NCBI GenBank assembly: GCA_963830915.1
Contig: CAWHOE010000034.1
Span: 32,001 to 96,000, forward strand
Direction: 5' to 3'
DNA length: 64,000 nt
DNA from: a candidate division FCPU426 bacterium
GTDB lineage: Bacteria; Oederibacteriota; Muellerivitia; Muellerivitales; Muellerivitaceae
Notes under the pieces: model-generated
What the model was told of the DNA's origin: nothing
The model's input: only the letters and a program-made list of their open reading frames with translations
Database searches by the model: none
Translations under genes and position numbers: made by a program
Part shown: positions 41,180 through 49,217 of the stretch, one piece after another
Layout: the number at the start of each line of letters is the position of its first letter
Position numbering within the stretch: position 1 is the first letter of the stretch

Positions 41180-42284
41180 TTGAGGATCGCCATTGTCCAT
41201 GATTGGATGACCGGGATGAGGGGCGGGGAGAAGGTCCTGATGGCCCTGCTGGAATTGTTCCCCGACGCCGACCTGTTCACCCTGGTCTACGATCCTGAAA
41301 AAATGGATCCCGCCATCCAAAATAGAAAGATCACCACCTCTTATTTGCAGAGACTGCCTTACGCGAAAACCCGCTATCAATATTACCTCCCTCTTTTTTG
41401 GGAGTTCACCAAGGGTTTCGACCTTTCCGGTTATGACCTGATCGTATCCTCCAGTTCGGCCTGCGCCAAGTGGGTGAGGAACCCGGATAACAAACTCCAT
41501 GTTTGTTACTGCCATACTCCCATGCGTTATATCTGGGACCAGTTCAACGATTATTTCGGCAGCGGTTTCAACCCGCTGGTGCGGGCGGTCCGCCCGTATT
41601 TGCCGGCCTTATCTTCAATGGTGCGACCTGAAATCCAACGAGGGCGTCACCCACTTCATCGCCAATTCCACCGAGGTCCAGGGCAGGATCAAGCGGATCT
41701 ACGGCCGGGAATCGGAAGTCATCCATCCGCCGGTGGACGTGGATCGATTCAAGATGAACTGGGTGGAAGGGGATTACTTCCTGGTCCTTTCCGCCCTGGT
41801 GCCCTATAAAAAGGTCGATCTGGCGGTCAAGGTCTGTACCAAACGCAAATGGCCCCTTGTGGTGGTGGGGAAGGGCGGCGAGGAAAAAAGGCTCCGGAAA
41901 ATGGCGGGCCCCTGGGTCAATTTCAAGGGCTGGGCGCCGGAAGAGGATATCCCCAAGTATTTTTCCCATGCCAAGGCCCTGCTTTTCCCCGGTCGGGAGG
42001 ATTTTGGGATCGTTCCCGTGGAAGCCCTCGCATCTGGTTGTCCAGTCATCGCTTTTAGCGAAGGCGGGGTGAAGGACACACTGGAGGACGGGGTGACGGG
42101 TGTGTTATTCAATGAACAAACCGAGGAATCGTTGGAGAAAGCGATGGAAAGATTCCTGACCCTCAAATTCGATCCAGAAGTCCTCAACAAGAGAGCCCAG
42201 GCCTTTTCCAGGGCCCGATTCCTGTTCAAGACCCAGGTTTATTTTCGCAGGGTTTTTGGCATAAAACCGATAGGAGAAGAATAG
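41180..42284 (+). CDS. GT4 glycosyltransferase (WbaZ-like) interrupted by a 13-nt insertion at ~41591-41603
   Basis: MRIAIVHDWMTGMRGGEKV, YCHTPMRYIWD, then other frame ANS, LVPYKK, EDFGIVPVEALASG. Confidence 0.88.
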
Positions 42285-42428
42285 TCCACAGTCGACAGCT
42301 GACAGTCGACAGAAGGCAGACAACAGACTACAAACGACAGTCGACAGAAGGCAGACAACAGACTACAAACGACAGTCGACAGACAAAAGACAACAGCTAC
42401 CAGAACACAGCGGACAGATCGCAGAGGG
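42282..42428 (+). repeat. Left arm: 21 tandem 7-mers (CAGnnnn), including an exact 35-nt duplication
   Basis: TAGTCCA CAGTCGA CAGCTGA CAGTCGA CAGAAGG CAGACAA CAGACTA CAAACGA ...; strict 7-nt register from the upstream stop codon to 6 nt before the next ATG. Confidence 0.95.
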
Positions 42429-42434
42429 TTCAAA

Positions 42435-42791
42435 ATGGCATCAGATCATGAAAAGTTGCTCGTTTGGCAAAAAGCGATGGAACTTGTCACAGAGATTTAC
42501 GAAATCAGTCAAAAATTCCCAAAAGAAGAAATGTATGGTCTGACCAGCCAGATGAGGCGATCGGCGATCTCTGTGCCTAGCAATATCGCCGAAGGGAAAG
42601 GCCGGCACACGAATCCAGACTTCTCCCATTTTTTGATAAACGCCAGGGGTTCTTTGCTGGAACTTGAAACCCAAGTCCAAATCGCTGGTAATTTAGGGTT
42701 TATTAAGAAAACAAAGGTCGATGAATTAAAAGAGAAAACAACGGAAATTGGTAAAATGCTCAATGGATTGATCAAGGCTCTCGAACAATAA
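42435..42791 (+). CDS. Four-helix-bundle protein (TIGR02436 / 23S rRNA IVP-like family)
   Basis: L.VWQKAM, FPKEEMYGLTSQMRRSAISVPSNIAEG.GR, FL..ARGSLLELETQ, ML.GLI; 118 aa. Confidence 0.93.
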   Translation: MASDHEKLLVWQKAMELVTEIYEISQKFPKEEMYGLTSQMRRSAISVPSNIAEGKGRHTNPDFSHFLINARGSLLELETQVQIAGNLGFIKKTKVDELKEKTTEIGKMLNGLIKALEQ

Positions 42792-42799
42792 TCCTTGGG

Positions 42800-42939
42800 T
42801 TGGCTGTCGGTTGCCGTCTGCCTTCTGTCGACTGTGAGCTGTCGTCTGTCAGCTGTTGTTTATTGTCTGCCGACTATCATCCGTTGGCTGTGAAGTGTTA
42901 TTCATTAGCTGTCGACCGTCGACTGTGAGCTGTCAGCTA
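42800..42939 (-). repeat. Right arm: 20 tandem 7-mers (nnnnCTG), inverted relative to the left arm
   Basis: TTGGCTG TCGGTTG CCGTCTG CCTTCTG TCGACTG TGAGCTG ...; GTCTGCCTTCTGTCGACTGT is the exact 20-nt reverse complement of left-arm ACAGTCGACAGAAGGCAGAC. Confidence 0.93.
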
Positions 42940-42955
42940 TCCTTTGGGAGGTTCC

Positions 42956-44340
42956 GTGAGAATCCGTTTTCCATCCATATTTTCAGCCGCTAGTTTTTGC
43001 CTGGACGGCATTCTGGTGGCTTGTTCTTTTCTCCTGGCCAACTGGATCAGGTTCAACTCGGGATTATTGAAGGTAGGGGCCAGCGCTCATTACCCCCATT
43101 ACCGTTCTTTCCTCCTGTTTTTCATCATCATCCATTTGATCGTTTTCAAATATGTCGGTCTATACCGGAAACGGAGGGGGATTGGGGTGATGAGCTCTCC
43201 AAGGTCATCCAGGCGGTTTTCATTTCCTCCATCCTTATCGCCGCTTCCACTTTCTTGATCCAGTTTTTCGCCTTTTCCCGGTTGGTCATTGGCCTCTCGG
43301 CGGTGTTGGTGGCGGTCACGGTTTGGCTTGAAAGAATCCTATTACGACGGGCCCAGATCAATCTGCGCCGTCGAGGTGTGGGGATCACCAGGATCTTGGT
43401 GGTGGGGACAGGGGAATCGGCTCAAGTCCTTCTTCAAAGGCTTCGACAAAACCCAGGGATGGGTTATAGGGTCATCGGTATCGTCTCCGAGGGTAAATCC
43501 ACCGGTGAGGTCGAAGGCATCAAGATCGTTGGAACATTGTCCAAATTCACCCAACTCCTACATAAGTATGACCCGGATGAGATCATATTCGCCCTTCCTT
43601 CGGTCGCTCACGCGAAGCTTATCCCGATGTTGGTAACGCTCCAGGATACCCGTGTGAAATATAAGATCGTGTCCGACCTTTTCGGGCTCATCACCAACCC
43701 CCTGGAAAATGACGTGCTGTTGGATATCCCGATATTCGAAATGAAAGAAGCGCCCTTGAGCGCCTGGCATAACCGGGCGATGAAGAGGGTTTTCGACTTC
43801 CTGTTTTCGCTCATTGGACTTTTGATCCTTTCGCCCCTTTTATTGGTGGTCGCGGTGGGGGTCAAAGTGACATCGCCCGGGCCGATCTTTTTTCGGCAGA
43901 AGAGGGTGGGCAGGGATGGGAGGATCTTCCATATGTTGAAGTTCCGCTCGATGCGAGCGGGGACGGAAACGGTGGCTTTTACCGCCAAGAACGACCCCCG
44001 GGTGACCGCCTACGGATCATTCATCCGAAAAACCAGCCTGGATGAATTGCCCCAATTGATCAATGTTTTATTCGGCAATATGAGCCTGGTAGGACCCAGA
44101 CCCGAGGTGCCGGGGTTGGTGGAAAAATTCGAGAAGGAGATACCCCGCTATTTCGAGCGCCACCAGGTAAAGTCGGGCATTACGGGATGGGCCCAGGTGA
44201 ACGGTTTTCGAGGAAATACCTCATTGAGCGAACGGGTCAAGTACGACATTTATTACATCGAAAATTGGAGCTTACTGTTCGATATCAAGATCATCATTCG
44301 AACGGTCTTGGATATCCTGGAACATGAGCACGCGTACTAA
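42956..44340 (+). CDS. Undecaprenyl-phosphate glycosylphosphotransferase (WcaJ/WbaP family), frameshift near 43180-43190
   Basis: N-terminal TM helices from GTG 42956; second frame has KRVFD, KFRSM, DPRVT, RKTSLDELPQL.NV..G.MSLVGPRPE, GITGWAQV, D.YYIENWS. Confidence 0.92.
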
Positions 44341-44343
44341 AGA

Positions 44344-44378
44344 CAGCGAGCAGTTTACGGTCGACAGTCGATAGTAAA
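44344..44378 (+). repeat. Short orphan 7-mer arm of the same family
   Basis: CAGCGAG CAGTTTA CGGTCGA CAGTCGA TAGTAAA immediately after the WcaJ-like stop. Confidence 0.75.
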
Positions 44379-44390
44379 GAACAGGAACCT

Positions 44391-44495
44391 TTGAAAATAC
44401 TGGTTACTGGCGGAGCTGGTTTCATCCTTCTCTTATATAAGGCTTTAAATGATTGTGGGATCGCAACCAGCCAATGGATAATTTCACAAAAATGA
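44391..44495 (+). pseudogene. Duplicated 12-codon start of the downstream epimerase followed by unrelated sequence
   Basis: TTG AAA ATA CTG GTT ACT GGC GGA GCT GGT TTC ATC = MKILVTGGAGFI, same peptide as 44509 start but with different synonymous codons. Confidence 0.8.
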
Positions 44496-44508
44496 ATGTG
44501 AGGACCCT

Positions 44509-45438
44509 TTGAAAATATTAGTGACGGGAGGCGCTGGTTTCATCGGCAGTCACGTGGTGGACGCCTATTTGGAGGCGGGGCACCAGGTGATCGTGGTCGA
44601 TGACCTGTCCACTGGCAAAAAAGAGAACCTCAATCCCAAAGCCAAGTTGCACCAGATGAGCATCTTGGACGACAAGATCCAGCAACTGCTACAGGACGAA
44701 GCGGTCGAAGTGGTCAACCATCACGCGGCCCAGATCAAGGTGAAGGCTTCCCTGGAAGATCCCTATTTCGACGTCAAAACCAATGTGTTGGGTTCGGTCC
44801 TCCTTTTGGACCTTTGCCGGAGGGCGGGCGTTAAAAAGTTCATCTACGCTTCCTCAGGGGGCGCCCAGTATGGGGAGATGGACAAGGTCCCATTCCCTGA
44901 AACCCACCGCTCCCGACCTTTCTCGGTCTATGGGGCCAGCAAATACGCCGTGGAAATTTACGCCGATGTTTTCGCCCAGAATTTCGGTTTGGAGTACGTT
45001 GTCTTGAGGTACGCCAACGTTTATGGACCCCGGCAGGACGCTTTGGGGGAAGGCGGGGTCGTGGCGATCTTCACTCACTCCATGCTGCACGGCGGGGAAT
45101 TCGTCATTTTCGGCGATGGCTATAATGTTCGGGATTATGTCTATGTGAAGGACCTGGCCCAGGCCAATTTACTGGCCTTGGGTCATGACCAAAACGATGT
45201 ATTCAATATCGGCACAGGGATCGGGACGACCACCAACCAACTTTTTGATGTCCTGGCGAAGGCCACGGGGTACAAAAAAGCCCCTAATAGGTCCACGGCC
45301 CGTTTGGGTGATCTGGCCAAAAGTGTTCTGGACCCTACCAGGGCCAAGAAGATATTGAAATGGGAACCCCGATACGATCTGGCGGCTGGTTTGAAAGAAA
45401 CGGTTGATTACTATAAAACCCCGAAAAAGGCGGTTTGA
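44509..45438 (+). CDS. NAD-dependent epimerase/dehydratase (UDP-glucose 4-epimerase-like)
   Basis: TGGAGFIGSH, HHAAQ, SSGGA.YG, YGASK, RYANVYGPRQ, RDYVYV.D. Confidence 0.92.
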   Translation: MKILVTGGAGFIGSHVVDAYLEAGHQVIVVDDLSTGKKENLNPKAKLHQMSILDDKIQQLLQDEAVEVVNHHAAQIKVKASLEDPYFDVKTNVLGSVLLLDLCRRAGVKKFIYASSGGAQYGEMDKVPFPETHRSRPFSVYGASKYAVEIYADVFAQNFGLEYVVLRYANVYGPRQDALGEGGVVAIFTHSMLHGGEFVIFGDGYNVRDYVYVKDLAQANLLALGHDQNDVFNIGTGIGTTTNQLFDVLAKATGYKKAPNRSTARLGDLAKSVLDPTRAKKILKWEPRYDLAAGLKETVDYYKTPKKAV

Positions 45439-45551
45439 ACCACCAAGGGCACCAAGTTCACCAAGAACGACAAAAATGAAATTTGGATTTTAAAAAGATT
45501 TTAAAATAAATTTATGATTTTCTTTGTTTTTGGTGCCCTTGGTGCCTTGTG
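45439..45551. repeat. 9-mer (CACCAAGnn) inverted-repeat element with AT-rich interior and no gene
   Basis: CACCAAGGG CACCAAGTT CACCAAGAA ... TTGGTGCCCTTGGTGCCTTGTG; perfect 15-bp IR 45441-45455 / 45530-45544. Confidence 0.85.
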
Positions 45552-45672
45552 CCGATTCTCTATATATACAATGTTGGAAATCGGTACTATACCGACCTCT
45601 TTAAATCTTTTTAGATGGTCGGCATGGTGGTAATAAATGTTTTGCAGGGGATTCTAAAACACGGAGTATCGC

Positions 45673-46713
45673 ATGAAAGCCATCATTCTAGTGGGCGGAT
45701 TGGGAACCAGGATGCGTCCCCTGACCGACCAATTGCCCAAGAATATCCTTCCGCTTTGCGGGACTCCTTTTTTGACCTATCAGATCGAGTTCCTCAAGAA
45801 GGCTGGTATCCACGAGATCGTTTTTTCGTTGGGCTACCGCCCGGATGATATCCAAAAGGTTTTTGGGGATGGGCGAAAGTTAAAAGTAAAGATCCACTAT
45901 GTGAAGGAAGAATCCCCCCTGGGAACGGCTGGCGCCATCAAGAACGCCGAATCCTTCGTCAAAGGCTCCGCGGTAGTGGTGCTGAACGGGGATATCCTGA
46001 CCGACATCCCATTGAAGAAAATGATCGCATTCCACAAGGCGGCCAAAAACTTAGCGACCCTGGGATTGGTCAAGGTCGAGGACCCGACGGCTTACGGGCT
46101 TGTGTTGGTCGATTCGAAAGGCAAGATCGTCAAATTCCTGGAAAAACCCGCCCGTGAGGACATCGTCACGGACACGATCAACGCCGGGGTTTATGTGTTC
46201 GAGCCGGGTGTATTGGATCTCATCCCGCCGAATGTCAATTATTCCTCTGAGAAGGCGCTGTTCCCGGGGTTGTTAGAATCCAAGCAGGCTTTCGGGGGAT
46301 ATGTTTGGAGCGGTTATTGGCAGGACATTGGGACTCCTCGGAAATACCTGACGACCCATTGGGATGTTTTGAATGGGACCTTTCCGGTCTACGCTAAAGT
46401 CAGAAAGAACCGGAACAAAGTTTACAAAGGCAAAGAGGTTGTGATCGTAAAAGGCGCGGTCGTTCAAGGGCCTTCCATACTGGGAGACGGTTGTATCATA
46501 AAAGAAGGAGCGCAGATCCTTCCTTATACGGTATTGGGCAATAAGTGCGTCATAGGTAAGGGAAGCAAGGTTTCTAAAAGCGTGCTATGGGATGAGGTGT
46601 CGGTTGGGGAAGGGGTTACTTTGGATGAGGCCGTATTAGGCCGTCGAACCATCGTGCGGGATCATTCCACGATTCCTACCGGAAGCGTGATAGGCGATGA
46701 AGGAAAGGTTTAA
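45673..46713 (+). CDS. NDP-sugar synthase (mannose-1-phosphate guanylyltransferase-like) with left-handed beta-helix tail
   Basis: AIILVGGLGTRMRPLT..PK, E..PLGTAGA, LNGD, INAGVY, W.DIGTP, hexapeptide repeats. Confidence 0.9.
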   Translation: MKAIILVGGLGTRMRPLTDQLPKNILPLCGTPFLTYQIEFLKKAGIHEIVFSLGYRPDDIQKVFGDGRKLKVKIHYVKEESPLGTAGAIKNAESFVKGSAVVVLNGDILTDIPLKKMIAFHKAAKNLATLGLVKVEDPTAYGLVLVDSKGKIVKFLEKPAREDIVTDTINAGVYVFEPGVLDLIPPNVNYSSEKALFPGLLESKQAFGGYVWSGYWQDIGTPRKYLTTHWDVLNGTFPVYAKVRKNRNKVYKGKEVVIVKGAVVQGPSILGDGCIIKEGAQILPYTVLGNKCVIGKGSKVSKSVLWDEVSVGEGVTLDEAVLGRRTIVRDHSTIPTGSVIGDEGKV

Positions 46714-46735
46714 AAACAAGTAAGGACAGGAAACA

Positions 46736-48349
46736 ATGACTTTTAAATTTTTATTCTTCCTATTACTGGCGGTTCCATCCTGGGCCGTTCCCACGGACAA
46801 ACCTTTTGAGCTGTATCCTCCCACCAATGGCGCGGCCCCAACGACCTTTACCAAGGCCGCCATGCCCTTCCAAGTGGAGGGTAAGCCCTGGAAATTCGCC
46901 CATGGCGCCAAGGTCCAGGTCAAGGTGGACGCCGCCCAGGTCCTGCAAAAGATCACTCCCTATCAATTCGGGTCCAACGTGGCTTGCTGGGATAACAAGC
47001 AATTCATGAACGATCCTGACTGCCAGGAGAAGGTCCGGCAAGCGGGCATCAAGTTCTGGAGATGGCCGGGAGGAAGCACCTCGGACAACTACCATTGGGA
47101 CGGCAATTATGGCGACCATACAAGGGACCATGACGGGGGAAACCCGCCGAACATGAACGCCGCCTGGGCCGCCTCTACCGATGATTTCATTTCCTTCTGC
47201 CAGAATACCAATTCAGAAGCCATCGTTACGGTCAACTACGCCGCGGCCCGTTATGAGAATGTCCAGTACGCGGCCGATATGGCCGCTCGGTGGGTCCACT
47301 ACTTCAATTTCGAGAAGAAATTCAAGGTTCGCTATTGGGAGATCGGCAACGAGAATTTCGGCCCCTGGGAAGAGGGGAACAAGATGGTGGGCAAACCCCA
47401 ATTGACCGGCGATGTTTACGGCAAGGACCTTCAGGTGATCGCCGCGGCCATGAGAAAGGTGGACCCGGATATCTTCGTCGGGGCGGTCGCCGTGGATAAG
47501 GACAGCGGGGATGATTGGAATGGTTACCACTGGTGGATGAGGGACCTTTTGCCTCAACTTCAACAGAAGGTCGATTTTCTGATCTTCCATGAATATTTCA
47601 TCTGGCCCTTCGACAGCGCGAACAACTATACCAACCCCAGTAACCAGGCTTTACTGTCGAACCTTCACGAGATACCCGACGGCAAGACCGCCATCGAGGG
47701 AATGGAAGATAAATACGCCCCAGCCGAGAAAGGTTTGCCCATCGCTTTGACAGAGTTCAATATGATCAACGGCGACCCCCCTCCGACCATCCAACTGTTG
47801 AACGGGATTTTTGTGGCTGAAGTTCTGGGGGAGATGATCAAGGCTGGTTATAAAAACGCCAACATCTGGGACCTTAAGAATGGTCTGGATGACAAGCTCA
47901 AGGGGGACCACGGCTTGTTGGGTTATAAGGATCCCGGGATCCCTGAAGGCACCCCCCGGCCGACCTATTACTCTTACGCCATTTATTCGAGGGCTTTCGG
48001 GGATACCCTGATTTCGGCGGACAGTTCGGACCCGACGGTGAAGGTCTATGCCAGCCGTTTTTCGGGCGGGGAACTGGGGTTCGTTATCGTGAACGAGAAT
48101 GACCAGAACCGAACGGCCGTGTTCGATCTGGCGGGGTTCAAGCCCCAAGGTAAGTTGATGGGATGGGTCATGACCGGCCAGAACTTGAATGATTACCAGG
48201 TCTCCTTTAACGGAGAGTTGGGACCGGCCGGAGGGGGAGGGCCATTCCCCATTAAGACCATCCCGCCCTACCGGGCCACATTCAAGACCGATAAACCGCT
48301 ACAACTACCCCTGCAAGCCAGGTCGGTCACGGGGCTTATCCTCTATTAG
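46736..48349 (+). CDS. Secreted clan GH-A glycoside hydrolase (GH44/GH51/GH79-like)
   Basis: Signal peptide (FLFFLLLAVPSWA), RWPGGSTSDNYHW, YWEIGNE (acid/base), IALTEFN (nucleophile), beta-sandwich tail. Confidence 0.8.
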   Translation: MTFKFLFFLLLAVPSWAVPTDKPFELYPPTNGAAPTTFTKAAMPFQVEGKPWKFAHGAKVQVKVDAAQVLQKITPYQFGSNVACWDNKQFMNDPDCQEKVRQAGIKFWRWPGGSTSDNYHWDGNYGDHTRDHDGGNPPNMNAAWAASTDDFISFCQNTNSEAIVTVNYAAARYENVQYAADMAARWVHYFNFEKKFKVRYWEIGNENFGPWEEGNKMVGKPQLTGDVYGKDLQVIAAAMRKVDPDIFVGAVAVDKDSGDDWNGYHWWMRDLLPQLQQKVDFLIFHEYFIWPFDSANNYTNPSNQALLSNLHEIPDGKTAIEGMEDKYAPAEKGLPIALTEFNMINGDPPPTIQLLNGIFVAEVLGEMIKAGYKNANIWDLKNGLDDKLKGDHGLLGYKDPGIPEGTPRPTYYSYAIYSRAFGDTLISADSSDPTVKVYASRFSGGELGFVIVNENDQNRTAVFDLAGFKPQGKLMGWVMTGQNLNDYQVSFNGELGPAGGGGPFPIKTIPPYRATFKTDKPLQLPLQARSVTGLILY

Positions 48350-48376
48350 GCCGCTGGCTGGGCAAAAGGGTGTTTT

Positions 48377-48577
48377 CCAGTAAACGAACCTGCTAAATCC
48401 AGTAAACACTCGAGTTTTCCAGTAAACAAGTCTAGTGTTACCAGTAAACGACAGGTGATTTCCAGTAAACACCAGTGTCAAATCCAGTAAACGGCCCCCG
48501 TTTCCAGTAAACAACACCGTCATTTTCAGTAAATGGGGACGGTATTCCAGTAAACACTTGCGTCAAATCCAGTAAAC
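48377..48577 (+). repeat. Array A: 10 direct copies of CCAGTAAAC with variable 11-13 nt spacers
   Basis: Cores start at 48377, 48399, 48419, 48441, 48462, 48484, 48504, 48526 (TCAGTAAAT), 48547, 48569; spacings 22,20,22,21,22,20,22,21,22. Confidence 0.95.
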
Positions 48578-48607
48578 AAACTGCCAGGTATTCCGCTAAC
48601 TAGACAC

Positions 48608-48959
48608 CCACCGGACGGGCTTTTTCCGGCCACCGGAAAGATGAAACCCACCGGAATCGTTATTTTTGCCCATCGGAAGGGTGTTTCCGAGCCTCGGAAA
48701 TGTCGGGCTACCCATCGGAAAGACCGGGCCATCCATCGGAAGCCCTCGGAAAAGCCGAACCGCTCATCGGAAGAGTTGTTTCCGTCCATCGGAAAGATAG
48801 GGCCGTCCATCGGAAGGGCCAGGTTGCCCATCGGAATCGTTATTTTTGCCTACCGGACACCCACCGGACGGCTTTGTCCGGATACCGGACGTCCATCGGA
48901 TGGACCTTTCCGCTTGCCGTACGCCCACCGGAATATCCATCGGCACAGGTACCATCGAA
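48608..48959 (+). repeat. Array B: about 19 direct copies of CCAYCGGA-like cores with variable spacers
   Basis: Cores at 48608, 48630, 48648, 48670, 48691, 48712, 48733, 48743, 48764, 48786, 48807, 48828, 48850, 48861, 48882, 48893, 48925, 48937, 48952; mostly 21-22 or 10-11 nt apart. Confidence 0.9.
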
Positions 48960-49139
48960 AGATGTTTTCGGGTCGTTTGGGTTATCATTGAATCAATGAC
49001 TTGAAGCTGTTTTTCTCGAATATTATTTTGATTCCCAATTATTCGCCCGCGCGAAATTTCCAATGGGTGGATCTTATCCTGAAGGTCAAAACCGGCTCAA
49101 AACCCCTCTGAATCATCAATGTCCGGGCGTTTTTGGACA

Positions 49140-49168
49140 TTGACGGGTTAAAACCGCTCCCGTAAAAT
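49140..49168 (+). promoter_or_regulatory. Sigma70-type promoter for the TPR gene
   Basis: TTGACG-17 nt-TAAAAT, about 50 nt before the GAAGGAG/ATG start. Confidence 0.6.
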
Positions 49169-49217
49169 CATTCTTCCGCTGGTATTGAGTTCTTTCCAGT
49201 CCACCGAAGGAGTTTGG

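Noticed and set aside
42435..42791. Diversity-generating retroelement (Avd-like gene) or rRNA intervening sequence
   Set aside because: No reverse transcriptase, no adenine-specific TR/VR pair and no rRNA sequence in the window.
48377..48959. CRISPR or TIGR array interpretation of the phased repeats
   Set aside because: Repeats (8-9 nt) and spacers (~12 nt) are far too short for CRISPR, no cas gene is present, and there is no Nop-domain Tas gene or clear two-repeat 36-nt unit.
48305..49063. ORFs across the repeat arrays on both strands
   Set aside because: The motif shifts between frames, there are no clear RBSs and the translations are low-complexity by-products of the repeats.
48377..49100. 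Chromosomal oriC or plasmid origin
   Set aside because: No TTATCCACA DnaA-box cluster and no dnaA/rep/par genes nearby; cannot be supported from this window.
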